Below, one piece after another: positions 50,601 to 64,000 of a stretch of DNA of 64,000 nt. A program made the position numbers and the translations under genes. Origin of the DNA: Selaginella moellendorffii (taxonomy: Eukaryota; Plantae; Lycopodiophyta); the NCBI RefSeq assembly GCF_000143415.4, contig NW_003314367.1, forward strand, positions 528,857 through 592,856, given 5' to 3'. The stretch's first letter is position 1. The number at the start of each line of letters is the position of its first letter. The notes under the pieces are model-generated. The model saw only the letters and a list, made by a program, of their open reading frames with translations. It ran no database searches and was not told the origin of the DNA.

Positions 50601-51185
50601 CTAGGGAGTGGATTTGGGATGACCACTCATGGACAGATGGCCCAGTCCTTGAGAGACGGGACTGTGATGCAAGTGGTGTGGACCACTAGTGTGGCAAAGG
50701 TGAATGGGCATGGCCTTAGCATAACGGGCTAATATGTCGATAGTACCTTTGGGTCTCAACTATGGGATTGGACACGTGGAGCATTTAGACCAAGTGCAAA
50801 GGTTGAGTGGCAGGGATGGCATTCTCAGGGCTAACAAGCCCCAAGTCCAGAATAAGACTTATGGAGGTTGTGAGTGAGACTCCTCCAAGTGGTTAGAGGT
50901 GTGATTAAGTGACTAAAGTATAATGGGAAATTTAGTTGCTTACAATATTGTTCACCTTCTCAACTATTTGAGAAAAACCTTCTACAATTCTCAAGATCGC
51001 AAATTTGTTCCCTTATTTCTATTTGCCACATTGCTTATATGTTCATGTATGAACTCAAATGGAGAGTCTCTCCCTATCAACATGCTACTCCTCCATGATA
51101 GACCCACTCCTAAGACCTTCCCACACCAATATGAAGTGGTGATATATTTGACCACCAATAAGAGTTGGACTAAAGAATAGATTTG
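47700..51185 (-). mobile_element. Old, heavily deaminated family B interior
   Basis: AT-shifted homology to 43450-45230; interrupted by a solo LTR. Confidence 0.75.
49227..50944 (+). mobile_element. Solo LTR, family B
   Basis: TGTAAGAC...GCTTACA termini; TSD ATATG/ATATT (one mismatch). Confidence 0.85.
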
Positions 51186-52639
51186 ATACAAGAGAGTGAG
51201 GCTCTTAGGAAAGTTGCAGCTCTCAACTTCCATTTATGAAGGTGTGAACTTACAAGGAAGCATGGTGAATTGTAAGCAAACAACCAAAGAAAACAACTTG
51301 AGAAATAATCCATAAAGGTTCAAATATAGAGGAAAAAGGGAGTACATTCTTATTCATGAGCCCTTTCCCTTTATATTTGAACCCTTATGAATCATCTCTC
51401 GAGTCATTCTCTTTAGTCGCTTACAACTCAAGATCAAACTCAAGTTTAGTTTTGGACTTGGTCCTAGACTTAAATTTGACATTTTCATATATTATAACAC
51501 TTACCACATGTCCTTTTTTCCCTTTCTAGAGACTTGCCTATCAATCAATTCATGCTTATTCCTCAAGCACTTCTTTGGGATGAAACATAAATGTACATTC
51601 CTCAATGTTCCATAGGGACTAAAACAATATCAATAGTGCACTCTCACAAGGTGAAACTAGCACAACTATATACATAAAAGCCCAATGCTACTCTTGGGCC
51701 GTTTGCTTCTAAGGTGACTCCACAGCAAAACTTGAAACAACCTACTATGCTCCACAACACGTGATATATGCTATAGAGTGCTCCACCACCAATATGCCTC
51801 TAGTGCCAAAATGATGTCCAATTGCGATATGACTCCAACTCTTAGATCTAAGCAAGGTGTGAATGTCCTCCAACTTGTGGTTGGAGTATGTTACCTTGCC
51901 TTTCATACAAGACAAATATGCTAGCTCATCTTTGAAAGAGTTCTAGCCCTTCCATAGGGACTAGAGAAATGTTGTGAACCTCCTCCAAATCTAGCATTAT
52001 AAGGGAAATATGTGGATCCCCTACATATGCCACATTGAATCACCTCTATCAGCCACTAACCCCAATCATGGCAGCAATCCTTGCAATTGGATAACAAAAT
52101 CCTCCCTTCCTGATCATCCACAAAGGGAGACACTATGCATGGTCTTCCAAAGAGACTCTAGAAAGTTGGGAACTTTTGCAAATTAAAGGTGCTTCAAGTC
52201 ACCCCTTGAATGATGTTTAGCTTTTTTTGGCAACCCCGATATGCCACCAACTCCTTGACCACTACCATTGCCTTCATGGATCAAGGCAAGCAAGATCTCA
52301 TAAATCTTGGCAAAGAGCTCCATTTCTAGAGCCTTTGCAACTATTCATCCACCTTCAAGAAAACTTTAAAGCCTCCTAGAGCTACAGTGAACTACCACTA
52401 CTAGAGCTAGAAACCCTAGTTACCAATGGAACCCTAGCCCTAAAGTAGGGGAACCCTAACCCTAGCCACTAGCAGTAACCCTACCTACCAAAAACCCTAA
52501 CCCTAGCTGCCACCCAAGAACCTAATTCCATAGCACAAGCTAGGGTTGTCCAGATCTCTTGGATCTTGGATCTGATTAGTGCCACTAGTAGGAGTGCTTT
52601 TTGCCACTTCCTAGATGCCAACTCGGAAGTTGAATAAAG

Positions 52640-55370
52640 AAAAAGTGATAGAGTGCCCAAAATGATGAGCTTGCTCAAAAGAAAGTATCACTAATTGGAT
52701 ATGGCTAAGGACATACAGAACTATATACCATGACTAAGGCCAGTTAAGGCTTATTCCAAAGCCTTACAATCCTAGATTGTCCATGAAAATATCTTGTGAT
52801 CGGTGTCAGCAACTTTAGGCATCATTGGGTGCTTTGCCTACAGGTTTGTTTTATGCACGACATTCTGTTTATTTTATCTAACTGATTGCAATCCAAGGCA
52901 TTCACTGCAGTGGAGTACTCCTATGAATAAGTTGAACAAGCGAGGCACTTTTGGTTCCTTGGGTATCAAGCCTCTAAACGTAAATGCTAGTTCATTGCCT
53001 GCACGTGTGTCCTCTCCCCTCAAGTGAGGAATTTGATGCTATATTTTGTGAGACACAAATCCCTAAGCCCCAAAGTGGAGCAGAAAGGGTGCCATATAGT
53101 AATGGTTGAAGTGGAAGTCCAACAAACATAACATATTTAGACCAAAAGCTCTAACTTGGAAAGTCGAAAATGAAAGTAAAACTCCAAACAAAGTGATCAA
53201 AGGATGAGCACAAAGAAATTAGTGAATAAGTCTCTAAAAATGGGATACAAGAAGGACTGACACATGGAAGTGTCAAGAACAAGTCCAAAAAGGAATTTGA
53301 GATGGAGTTTGAGAAGGAATCCAAGATGGAGTCTGATATGGACTTGAGATGGAGTTAAAGGTCGAGGTCGAGAAAGAGACCAAAACCAAGACTGAGACTA
53401 AGATTCAAATCGAGTTCAAGACTGAGTTCGAGTCTAAGTTCAAGTCCGAGTCCAAGTCCAAGTCCATGTCCAAGTCTGAGTCCAAGTCCAAGAGTGAAAG
53501 CCCAAAGCAATTGTCTCCCAAACCCTTGGGGGTTTAGTGAGCTCCAAAAGTATAATAGGGGGTAGGACTCTAGTGGAGCCAGTTTGGCCAAGAAAGGCCA
53601 ATGTGACCAAGTAAGGTTATACCCATGTGGTAAGTGATGTTATAACTACTTAAGATTCCAAAGCTAGAATGAATATAGACAAACAAGTGGGGTAACTTGG
53701 TGAAGTGTTCAAGAGCCGGCTCTAAATCCCCCGGGAGATAAAATGGTGGATACTCCCAATCCAAGTATGGATGGCACTATTTACTTGGATACCTCGTGTG
53801 GCTCATCAGAACCTCACTCTAGCCTTATGGCTAGGGCACCGAAATGCAGAAGGTGGGAAGAGTACCCATGAGGCTCGTATAAGGCCACGGTATTTTTAAA
53901 TGTTGTCCTAAAGTCCTAGATTGTGGAAAGGAAGAGGAGCAATCCTCTTATGTGGTGACCAAGGATGCAGTCATGTGGCAAGGAAGTTCTAGAGATCAAT
54001 AGGACTTAGTGGTCGGGCCCTCGAGCCCTGACCTAGTGGCAATGCTAGTGAGTACAATCATGGATGGAGAGGAACTTGGTAAGGACTGAAGAAGGGACAT
54101 TAAGGAAGGGTGTTCCCCATATCTTTAGGCATCCTAAGGGTGCTAAAGTGGTCAAAAGATGACCACTCATGGACAGGGGGCCTAGTCTTTAAAAGACAAG
54201 ACTGTGATGCAAGTGGTTTTAAACCACCAGTGTGACAACATAATGGCTTGATATGTTGGTGGTACCTTTAGGTGTCGGTCATGGGATCAGACATGTGGAG
54301 CACTTGGACCAAGTGCAAAGGCTGAGTGGTATAGATGCCATTCCCAAAGCTAGCATGTCCCCAAATTAGAATTAAGACTTATGGAGATCATGAGTGAGAC
54401 TCCTCTAAGTGGTCAAATGTGTCATTAAGTGATTAAAGTAGAATGGAAAATTTAGTCACTTCTATATTTATAGTGGTAGATTAATTTTCAAAAATGGCAT
54501 ATTTCATACCCACCACAATAGAAGTTGATATGGAAGGTGTGGCAAAGCTATTCTTTGATCAAATGATTCAAATGCAAAGAAGGCCAGAAGAAATTATCTC
54601 AGATTAAAATAAAATATTCACTAGTAAGTTTGGAAAACTCTCATAGAACATTATTGAACCAAACTAAATTTCAGCACTACTTATCACCCACAAACAGATA
54701 TTGAGGGTTGAGTTAAGTTGTGTGATAATAACAATTCTTAACTAATGGACAAATGGAAACGGTTGCAATTGGAGGATTATTTGCAATGTTATATCTCTGG
54801 AGGTCAAATGGACTAGGTAAGTCATTTGGAACTTGTGAAAATGTGTTATAACAACATGCCCTATTTTATATCGAGGTGAGTCCATGGGAAGTCATCAATG
54901 GATAAGCCATTGAAGGTCCTATAGAATTCAGTATGGCTGAGTATCATGGAAAGTTACTTGTAGTGGGGCCATTTACAGTGGAAAGACTCAACATTGGAAT
55001 TTGATAAAGGATTCTTTAGAATGGGCTCAACAAAGATAGACCAAATATGCAAATTAAAAGCACAAAGACATAAAGTTCAAACTTGGGGAGAAGGTATGGC
55101 TGATCACCAAACACTTACCAAATGGGATAAGCCAAAAATTAACTCAAAGGTAAAGTGTATATATTCTTGGAATGAAATGATCTTAAATTCTTTAAGTAGG
55201 TTTGCAACACCCTATGAGATTGAAGGTTAACTATAGTAAAGGTGGCCTACCATCTCAAACTTGATAGGGAAGATGTACCTTATGTTCCATATAAACTTAC
55301 TCAAGTCATATTTTGAAGATAATGACCAAGTGAGACCTTTACCTAAAGTTATCTAAGGGGTGAAGGAACA
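52640..55370 (+). pseudogene. Degenerate family A integrase, split by a solo LTR
   Basis: ..FDAIF|IVVD.FSKMAYFIPTT..KLNFSTTYHPQTD..LVKMCYNN remnants. Confidence 0.8.
53047..54464 (+). mobile_element. Solo LTR, family B
   Basis: TGTGAGACAC start; TSD TATTT at 53042-53046 and 54465-54469. Confidence 0.88.
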
Positions 55371-55376
55371 ATCAGT

Positions 55377-55860
55377 TCAATAGTATAATTCTTACCTTGG
55401 ACCCAGTTATGAAGACTCTTGCTACATCCTTCCTTTCCCATCTAACAATGCAAAATATAGTCTATGCCCTTAACAATCATTAGTAGATTGTTTTAGTTCG
55501 CTTTGAAATAAGATTTATTAGAACAACTAGGTCTTTATTATTGGTATTATAATTCTCACCTTGTATAGCAATAGCATGTGGCCATGTGCTATAACTCCTC
55601 ATATTCTTCTTGTTACCTTGAAAGTGAGATTTTTAGAATAATCACTTTAATAGTATAATATTATAATTCTTACTCTAGCCCCAGTTTATGAAGGTGCTTG
55701 CTACATCCTTCCTTTCTCATCCAATAATGCAAAATATAGTGCGTAGCCACATGCCCTTAGTGGTTAAAAAATAATTAACAAATTATTCTTATTGACCTTG
55801 AAATAAGTTTGTTAGAACAACCTGGTATTTATACTTTATATTATAATTCTCACCTTAGAT
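55377..55860. repeat. Degenerate ~200-bp tandem duplication
   Basis: TATAATTCTTAC..CCCAGTT(T)ATGAAG..CTTGCTACATCCTTCCTTTC..AATGCAAAATATAGT at ~55385 and ~55665. Confidence 0.75.
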
Positions 55861-56570
55861 AGTTGTCATGAATGTGACTTTGTGTATTGAAAGATATTTA
55901 TTAACTAGTCCTTTCAAATTTTCTTTCTTTACTGTAATGATGGTAGGAAGTCTATATTATTGGTTCCCTTTATTAGTCTCCACCCAAGTTAGTTGAGAAA
56001 CTGATAATCACATATGTACTTGAACAAAAGAGTACAATGACCAAATTTCTAAATATTATTAGTCAAGCATACTAAACTTAGTTAAAAAAACTTATTCATT
56101 AGCTTGTACTTGTTAGTGCTTAGAACCCCCCACGATATTGTCTATAATCCCTCAATATTGCCAAATGTGTAGGAGAAAAGATGGATCAGAAAATGAAGAT
56201 GTAAAAATGTGAAAATGAAGTAATCTCAGCACATAATAGTAAGGATTGCAGGTTTAATCTACCTTAAACTCATGACACTGTGTCCAGATAATTTATGGTA
56301 AAGTAGAATATGTCGAATTCTAGGAAAAGTAGTTGTTCTTATTTCCAATGAATGAGCTTTTGGAGGTGCTTGTGTGTTTTACAGCCTGGTTTTCCTATTG
56401 CAGGTCTCCCTTCTTATTCCCAGGAGTGGCAGAAAGGCTGGGATTTATTTATTTTGGTTCTTTTGATTGGAAACTACTGAGATTCAGTGTTGAGCTCTAT
56501 AATGAAAGGCAGAGAATTTATGGTTGCCATATTCTTGCAGTGGGGATACAATCCTGAAATTTTGTGTTGA

Positions 56571-57630
56571 GTGCCAATGCTGTACCATTATGGTGTTCTT
56601 CCTCCTCTATCACTGGCAAGCAACATGGCAGTGACTGCTTTGCCGACATTCTCGAGATTTATACACAAGTGGTACTATGAGCCGGTGCTAAAGCCGGGAC
56701 AGCCTCCACTTCCACCGGGTCCGCTTGGATGGCCCGTCTTTATCAACATGGCTGCTTTTCTCAGAGCCTTCAAGTCTGGATTACCATACTCTTTCATGGC
56801 TCACTTCTTGATTTCAGGTATAATCGAGTGGGTTTTACAAGGCCTTTCTGTTCTAGCAGCCCAACGCCCTGGTTGCCACACCAGAGGCATGCAAATTCGT
56901 GCTCTCCAAAGACAGCTTTGAGACAGGATGGCCAAAGAGCGCTGTTGTGCTCTTTGAACGAAATCTGTTTGCAAGATTAACTGAAGAGAGCTACTTGAAG
57001 CTCCAGAAGCTTATTGAGTCACTGTGAACAATCCCAAAGCTCTTAAGCAGTATGTGCCCTACAACAGCATGCCTGCAAGGTGGCCTATGGAGCATAAGAT
57101 TGTTCTTCTTACCGAGATGAGAAGGGTAAGTGATGTTTACTTCCTCTCTGTCTTATTTTCTCGTTGATACTGGTTTTTTCTGATATGACAGTTCACGTAT
57201 CTAACTGTCCTCTACATTTTATATAGGAAAGACTCCAGTCTCGATGTGGATGAGATTTTCTCCTTGTACTACATTGACAACCAAGGCATTCAGGCTTTCC
57301 CCATCAACTTCGCCAACACTGCCTACAACAAAGCCTTGAAGGTAAAAGCCATATGCATTGTCTTACATAGTTTTGTGATGTTTTCCCATTCTCAGGCCAG
57401 GTGAAAGGTCATCAAGCTTATCCAGGACCTGATCAACCAGCGAAGAGCTTCTAGAAAGCCACAGGAAACAAGCATTCTTTTGTTGCTCATGGATGAGCTG
57501 GATGACAAAGGAGAGTTTCTGGAAGCGCTGAAATCATAGACATGCTCAACATGTACATAAACGCTGGTCACTACTCGATGGCTGATGGTTTCCTAAAGCA
57601 AAATCCTGATGTGCTTGAGAAAGTGAAGAT
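56571..57630 (+). pseudogene. KAO: CYP88 (ent-kaurenoic acid oxidase-like) cytochrome P450 pseudogene, 3' truncated
   Basis: WYYEPVLKPGQPPLPPGPLGWP..NMAAFLRAFKSG, YKAFLF*QP..ATPEACKFVL..FETGWPKS, PINFANTAYNKALKAR and I-helix MYINAGH. Introns ~57126-57192 and 57342-57395. Frameshifts and stops present; no heme motif seen. Confidence 0.8.
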
Positions 57631-60600
57631 AAACATTTACAATTTCATACAAACTTTCCTTCATACAATCTTTCTTCTTTAGGCCACATCCAGACTAATC
57701 TGTAAAAGTTTCAAAATTTTGTAATTATAAAAGAAAAAAGTATTCTACTGAATTGTACCTCATAGAAGATGATTTACCCTTTGCTCCAATGGACCTAACG
57801 AAGACATGTTCAAGACAGATGCAAACTAGCAGGTATTCTTAAAGAACCATAGAACTGCACATCATCTCTTTAAGGGAAATTTATGAGGTGCTTGTAAGGC
57901 TCTAAAGTGTTAACCTCCTCTGGATATCTTTCAATAACAGAAAAAAACTTTTAAAACATGAATGGTACTTTTTTGCTGCTTCTTTCATGTTTTATGGTAG
58001 TCAAGTTACAACTTCTGGAATTCTATGAGCAGCATCTGAGGAATGTCTAGGGAATGAGAAACTGTAAGTTGTAGTATGATATTTTCTTGCTCTAATAAAT
58101 AGTTAAATAGAAGCTGCCTGTTGTAGCCTTTGTGGCTTTCCTTGACTACAAACCAATGCTTACAAGGTCAGAATGACACAAGCAGATATTTTATAAAGAT
58201 GTATTGCATTTTGCTATTTAGAGAAATCTTTGGAGATGTATATATTCCAAACATGCAATTCTTAAGAACATCTCAAAAATATCATTATTTTTGTAGAAAA
58301 CTCTACTCTTGAAGACTTAAGAAAATAATTCTCACTTATAAAAATCCTCAAAAAACTATCAAACTTAAACTTAATGTAATTAAAAGCTATATATGTAAAA
58401 GCTATATATAGCTGAGATGTATTTTTCTCACAAATGTGATATATAATTTTACACTATTTCGAAACCATTAACTGTTTTTTATAAAATACTTAATCTACCA
58501 TTTGAACTAACAGGGTATTTTCCTTATGCTTAGGTATGGATTGATATAATACAAAATTGAAAAAAAAGATAAAACTCATGTAAAGCTTTAAGACAAACCT
58601 GTACTAATGCTTTATAATAAAATTATGCATTCATGTCTCATATATAACATGGTATCTAATGTGGTATAAGCCATCTCATACATATTCAAAGATCAAATCC
58701 ATTTTCTTAATTATATCCAGTTATATGAAGATTTCAAATAAAATAAAACATTAGCTATTAGCTCAAAGAATAACATAAAATTATAAATTATAACATTACA
58801 CTAATGAGTTTGATAAAAATTATATTATATTAAAAATATTTATAAGAACATATTCTACTATTATTGTGGATTTGTAAAGAAAGAAGAGATATTTAAGAGT
58901 ACATTCAAAAAAGTTTTTATATATACTAAATCAGTAAATAATTCAAACCGAAATCAAATAGTTATATATGAAAATTAAAATTTAAAAAATTAAAAATAAT
59001 TATGATTTTAGGTGAATTGTCAGTGAGAGTAAATTGGAAGAATAAAAAACAATATTTTATTATCTTCTGCATAATATTAGTTAACTTTATTTAATATTTC
59101 TAATTTAAATTTATAAGTGATTTAAAATTTAAATTAATCTGCTTTAAACTTTCAATTTTATATCATGGATTACAACTATAAATTAAGCGACATGAATAAA
59201 ATAATTTAATTTATGTATGGATGTAATTACGGTTTTAATGTTGCATGAAAAAAAATTAGTCACTTTTAATAAAATAACATATATTAAACACAAACCCAAA
59301 ATATGAAAAAAATGAATAACATGTGTTTCAAATTATTAGCTTGGATGGATCATTAGTAAGTTGTAGTAAAAATTATATGCTCTTTTGAAGAAATCTCATT
59401 CTTGAAGTGTATTCTTGATGTTCCTACTGTTTGAGCTTGGAAACAAAAGAAATCCACAAGAAAGTCCTATAGGATTTACTAGGCTAATGTATTTGCATGA
59501 TAGGGTTTTCATGAAGATATCTAACTTTTGGCATCTAGGAAGTCATGTCACTAACTTGAGTGATGGGTAAATAAGAAATCAAAACTCAAATGCTTATAGT
59601 TTTTTAAAAATTTTCTCAAGGATATTTTTCTCATGTGAAGTTCCCTTTACTTTAATCTAGCCCCTATTTCAAAATATATATTCTTGGTAACAGTTTTGCA
59701 ATTTGGCTTTACTTGCTGGAATTAAGCTTAATAGTTGATAAACTACAAACTACCTTGGAAAAGTATTCTTTTTTACTAAAGTGAACCTATGATAGAGGGT
59801 AAACATATCTCACAAGTGTGTTGCTAAAAGGATGTATTAATTGGAAGAAGGAATCATTGGCACAAGAGGGCATTCTTTTAGATTTGCAACTATAGAGAGT
59901 AAAAGGGTGTAGTTGATGGGACAAGTGTTGCTTCTTAGAGAGGAATGAAACAAATATTCAGTAACAAATAATGACTTCCTAATGCACTATGTGCTCATCA
60001 CATTCTATCCTACAACAACAGGTGCTTTATATAAGTTCAAGTACCAACTTAGCATAGTTGCTCCTCCCTTTTGGAATAGCATTTAGAAAAACAAAGTGCC
60101 ACATGATAGCTATAGCAATGAAACTCACAACTTCATAGACAATAAAAAATATGGTATAGGGGATTGTCTTGATATATAAAACTTACTCAACACAGTTTCC
60201 CATAATAAATGATTTCAATAGCTACGACAAATTAACACACCAGTAGTTATCATTGAATAAATATACGTCATTATTCTTGCAGACTATCAAGGAGTTAAAT
60301 AGATTGAATGCACTATTTGGATTAAATAAGGATGTCCACTATATTTAGCTTATACATGAATGCCCTTGAGAGTTTAATGTGACATTAAAACTTCTTGGAG
60401 ATCCATATAACTGACCATTTCATTCTCACAATAAGAATTTGACCACTTACAAACTAGCAAGAATTCCTTGGATTTCACCTTATTTTTTCATGAATTTCTT
60501 TTGCAATTGCATCACATTCATCTGGCTGAATTCCTATTGGCTGTAGTTCTATAAGGCAGAGTGCTTGATATTTTTATGATTAATAATTTTTTTAAAAATT

Positions 60601-63119
60601 AAAGCTAAATAATTTTAAGTTTAATCTAAAATAAAAAGATATATGTATGTGTACAGCCATTACTATAGAGAATAAAAACTGACTCTACCACATGATGCAA
60701 CTATAAATGACAATATATGCTGAGTAATAGAAGATAAACTTAAACTTATATCAACTAAATAACAAGGGACCTCTTATTATAAAAATTAGTTTGGAAAGAG
60801 AACATTGGATGAACTGACGAAAAGTGAATTGTACTTCTAGAAAGATGGAAAGGTCATTGATTTATTCACACAAAGACTCTTCACTACTCACATGACTCCT
60901 TGTTCTTGAAAAATCTCTATATCAAAACCTTCCACTACAATAGCATTAACATGATGTTGTTAATGCCAAGACTTTAACCCAATAAATGGATAGTGCCAAT
61001 TCAGAAAATATTAAAAACTCTAATATATGTGGCCAACCTCATCATACACTTAGCAGCAAATATCACAACCACGACCATATCCTTGCCCTTATCCAATTTA
61101 CATGAGTGGTTGTACTCAAACTATTGTACCACTACAATACTGTCCTTTGAGATATGTGGGAAACTTATATCAATGCCGGGCATCATCAATCACCATAAAG
61201 TGATCAAACCAATTGTATGTATCATCCTCAAGATTCCCATTGAAGAAATTTAGCCAGACGTAAGGATTGGCATCAAAGGCAAGAGAAGTTCACCATACAT
61301 TATGAATATTACTATTAACTAAGTTTTATTATTCAATTGCAACTATATAACATTGAGCAATTGCATCAATTGTTATTCTAGAGTCAAAAGAGGAAGATGC
61401 TTTTGTAAAGGAGGAGTACTCTATTCTACCGTAAAGATGAATGAAAATAGAAAAAGCAAAAGAGAATAAATGGAAAAGCTACAAAAATAAAAGAGATCTA
61501 GACAATACAAAAGCTAAACCAAACACACAAATTTAAGCACTTCTCAAGGAGGACCAAAATTGCTCTTCATCTTCACTAATGTGGGTGCATGGAATATAAA
61601 AGTGTATTCGATTAGCCCAAAAACCCTAGCTTATATACAAGAGTGAGTGGTCTAGATTAAAACTAATTCAATCGTTACTATGCTAATAATAGTAAATGAC
61701 ATCATAGCCATAAAATAATAATAATCCTTTGTAAATATTTCTAAATCTTATAAATTTATTAAGAAAAGAATAAATCTTTTATTTATCAATTAATCAAAGC
61801 ACTCCTAAAAGATGTCAATCTCAACCTTTAATAAAAGGTCTTCAATCATTTTACTTTAATTTCTTTGAGACTATTTGGAGGATAAAGATAAATAAGTAAA
61901 CCCTAAATAAAACTTTTTCTATGCTAATATTAATTTTATTAAAAGGCATTAACTCTGTGATTAACACAACAACTCCCCAAATTCATGAAGTTAAATGCTC
62001 TTGATGTAGCTTGGAAATGGGACAATCCATGCCATAAGAATCCCTTATGGCATTATCTTTCCATAATAGCCATATTAATCATTGCAAATATGTGCTCTAA
62101 GAGAAAAGTGTTTTATACAGCTGTAACCTAATGGCTAATCCAAAAGGAAACACATGGTTCTCGAAAGCATTTCCGATATCTTTTTCTTTTTAGTAATAAA
62201 AATAAGCTTAGTGTTTATTTAAACTACTCAAGTAGGGAGAGAATTCCACTTTTACACTGATTACTTTCTAGCTCAAGTATATATAAATTTCTTTCTGCCA
62301 TTGTTGGAGAAAAAGTGTGTGTGTGTATATGCTCAAGACATCCTTACAAGTGAATGGTAAATTAAGACACTGATTCTTTTCTCAATTTCTTATTACAAAA
62401 TATTATTTCTAGGTTGGCCACAAAATACCCTTTACTATATATAAGTCCAACATACATACACAACCAAAGTTGCATAACTAACCAACCAATAACAAAACCT
62501 TATTCTTTCCCACATATGACTATTCTTTGCTGTAATCTAATGATTCATATTCACCATATAACTTGCTTTTAAAGAATGAATCCATTATTGTGTTTATAAT
62601 TAATGTTTTATCTTTGATTCATAACAGTTTTTTGCTATAAACCATTAAGCATTTCTTAGATCCAACATATATTCTCTTTAATGCTATTTAGTGTCCTCAC
62701 AAAGTTTTTCATGAATGTAATAAAATTGTAACTTAAGTAATCTATTATACTTTGGCATACTATCTCCCGGAGCTGGGATCCTAGCTAGTCATACTCATAT
62801 ATTTAAACGAAAGAGCCCGTATAATAATAGCATATACTGGCGACACTTATTCTGGGCATATGCTGAGATCTAACGGCCAAGATCTAATTGTCGAAGGTCA
62901 TGTCGTTTCAAATCAGAGAAAAATTTTATGTGGCTTTTTAGGGCTGGAAAAAATGCATTCAGCGACGGGAGAGGCAGCGGGCAGATGTACTCTCTCCTGG
63001 ATTCTGTTCTTGCAGACTACTTATATTTTCCACTGGAGGTCAGAATTCAATGCCCGATTCTTCGTGGATTGGCATTTTCTCTTTGTTTTTCTCAATTTAT
63101 ATTTTTCTCTGCCTTCCAC

Positions 63120-63500
63120 GGATTGGTAGGTAAATCTGGAATTATGAATGCTTCTTTTCTTAGCACCTCCAGCCAAGAGCAAGGAGAAGAAGAAGACGGT
63201 GCTGCATCCTCCGGTTATTATCCTCCAGTGATTCTCAAGGAGCCGCACCAAAACTCTGGAAGAGGTTAGCAGTAGAACTTCTCATCGATTAATGGGAGGC
63301 AACTCAATATACCTGACTATAAACCATGGAGGCACTCTTCTCGTAGCCCAGAAAAAATTCCAGAGAAGTGAAGAACCAATCTGGAACGACAACCAGCTCC
63401 AGCATCTGAGTCATCTCCTCTGGTTCCTCAGACGATGAGCTGCTCAAGGTCTTGTTGCTCATTCTCGTCAGGTAATGTGCAGGTGTGCTACAATCTTGAA
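63120..63500 (-). other. Possible two-exon gene fragment of unknown product
   Basis: GC-richer open stretch EEPEEMTQMLELVVVPDWFFTSLEFFLGYEK, donor-like CAG|GTAT near 63312 and acceptor-like TTCCAG near 63257. Family not recognised. Confidence 0.25.
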
Positions 63501-64000
63501 AACTCATGTAGAAAAGGTTTTGTGGACAGTGAGGGTGTGAAGAGTCTTAATATTTCTGTGGAAGGTCTAAGTCAAGCTACTATACTATGTAGCACTAACT
63601 CTGTGACGAAGAGTGTGTCTATGAAACTAAAAATGGGTACGACTTCTTGTTTGGAGGTAAATCACTTTTTTTAATTAATCACGTATGTTACTAATCAAGT
63701 GGCATGGCAGGGTGCTGGAAAGACCTCCATATTATGCACTGTGGTGGCATAGCATGAACACTGATATCAACAATTTTTTTTCCACACATCAAGTGTCATG
63801 AAAGCGTTTCATGCAGTGTAGGATACATAGATTCAGTAGGCGTTAACTTTCAGGTAAAAATTTCTTCCTTACTCTGCTTTGATTGGTTTACCAATTGGTT
63901 CTATATAGGACCTATCATATGAAGAAGAGCAGCTGAAGAATGGTTTGTTGAGAGCGGATCCATATAAAGCCTTGACTTGTAATTATCGTGCACAATCTGC

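Noticed and set aside
57700-62750. AT-rich region with possible decayed TE fragments and a hairpin at ~62029-62053
   Set aside because: No motif or terminus could be assigned; the hairpin has a different geometry from the 22-bp palindrome.

Overview
Eukaryotic, almost certainly land-plant, repeat-rich DNA. The 47-57 nt introns, chromoviruses and CYP88 remnant are compatible with a lycophyte such as Selaginella, but that is inference. (1) Bases 1-~8.9 kb look like one arm of a large DNA transposon with two divergent genes. On - is a transposase-like N-terminus (two Tnp1/En-Spm-like domains plus a Cys-rich Sola/DUF7869-type region). On + is a multi-exon cargo gene that splices into an unknown N-domain, a ParB/Srx-like domain, a degenerate beta-class amino-methyltransferase fold, an acidic/Pro-rich linker and an FCP1/NIF-type HAD phosphatase. 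A 22-bp palindrome (ATGGCRTGNGNNCNCAYGCCAT) occurs about 19 times across this element, mostly in introns and intergenic DNA, and was not seen elsewhere. This is the best candidate for an undescribed system: a TE-encoded ParB/parS-like self-recognition or anti-silencing module. (2) ~8.9-56 kb is a nest of Ty3/gypsy elements: chromovirus family A, related family C, non-autonomous family B with three solo LTRs, 5S-bearing Cassandra-type TRIMs and two other TRIMs. It includes a TSD-supported ~4.9-kb inversion and a 677-bp duplication. (3) A CYP88/KAO-like pseudogene lies at ~56.6-57.6 kb, followed by AT-rich DNA. All protein family calls were made by eye from motifs, not by database search.
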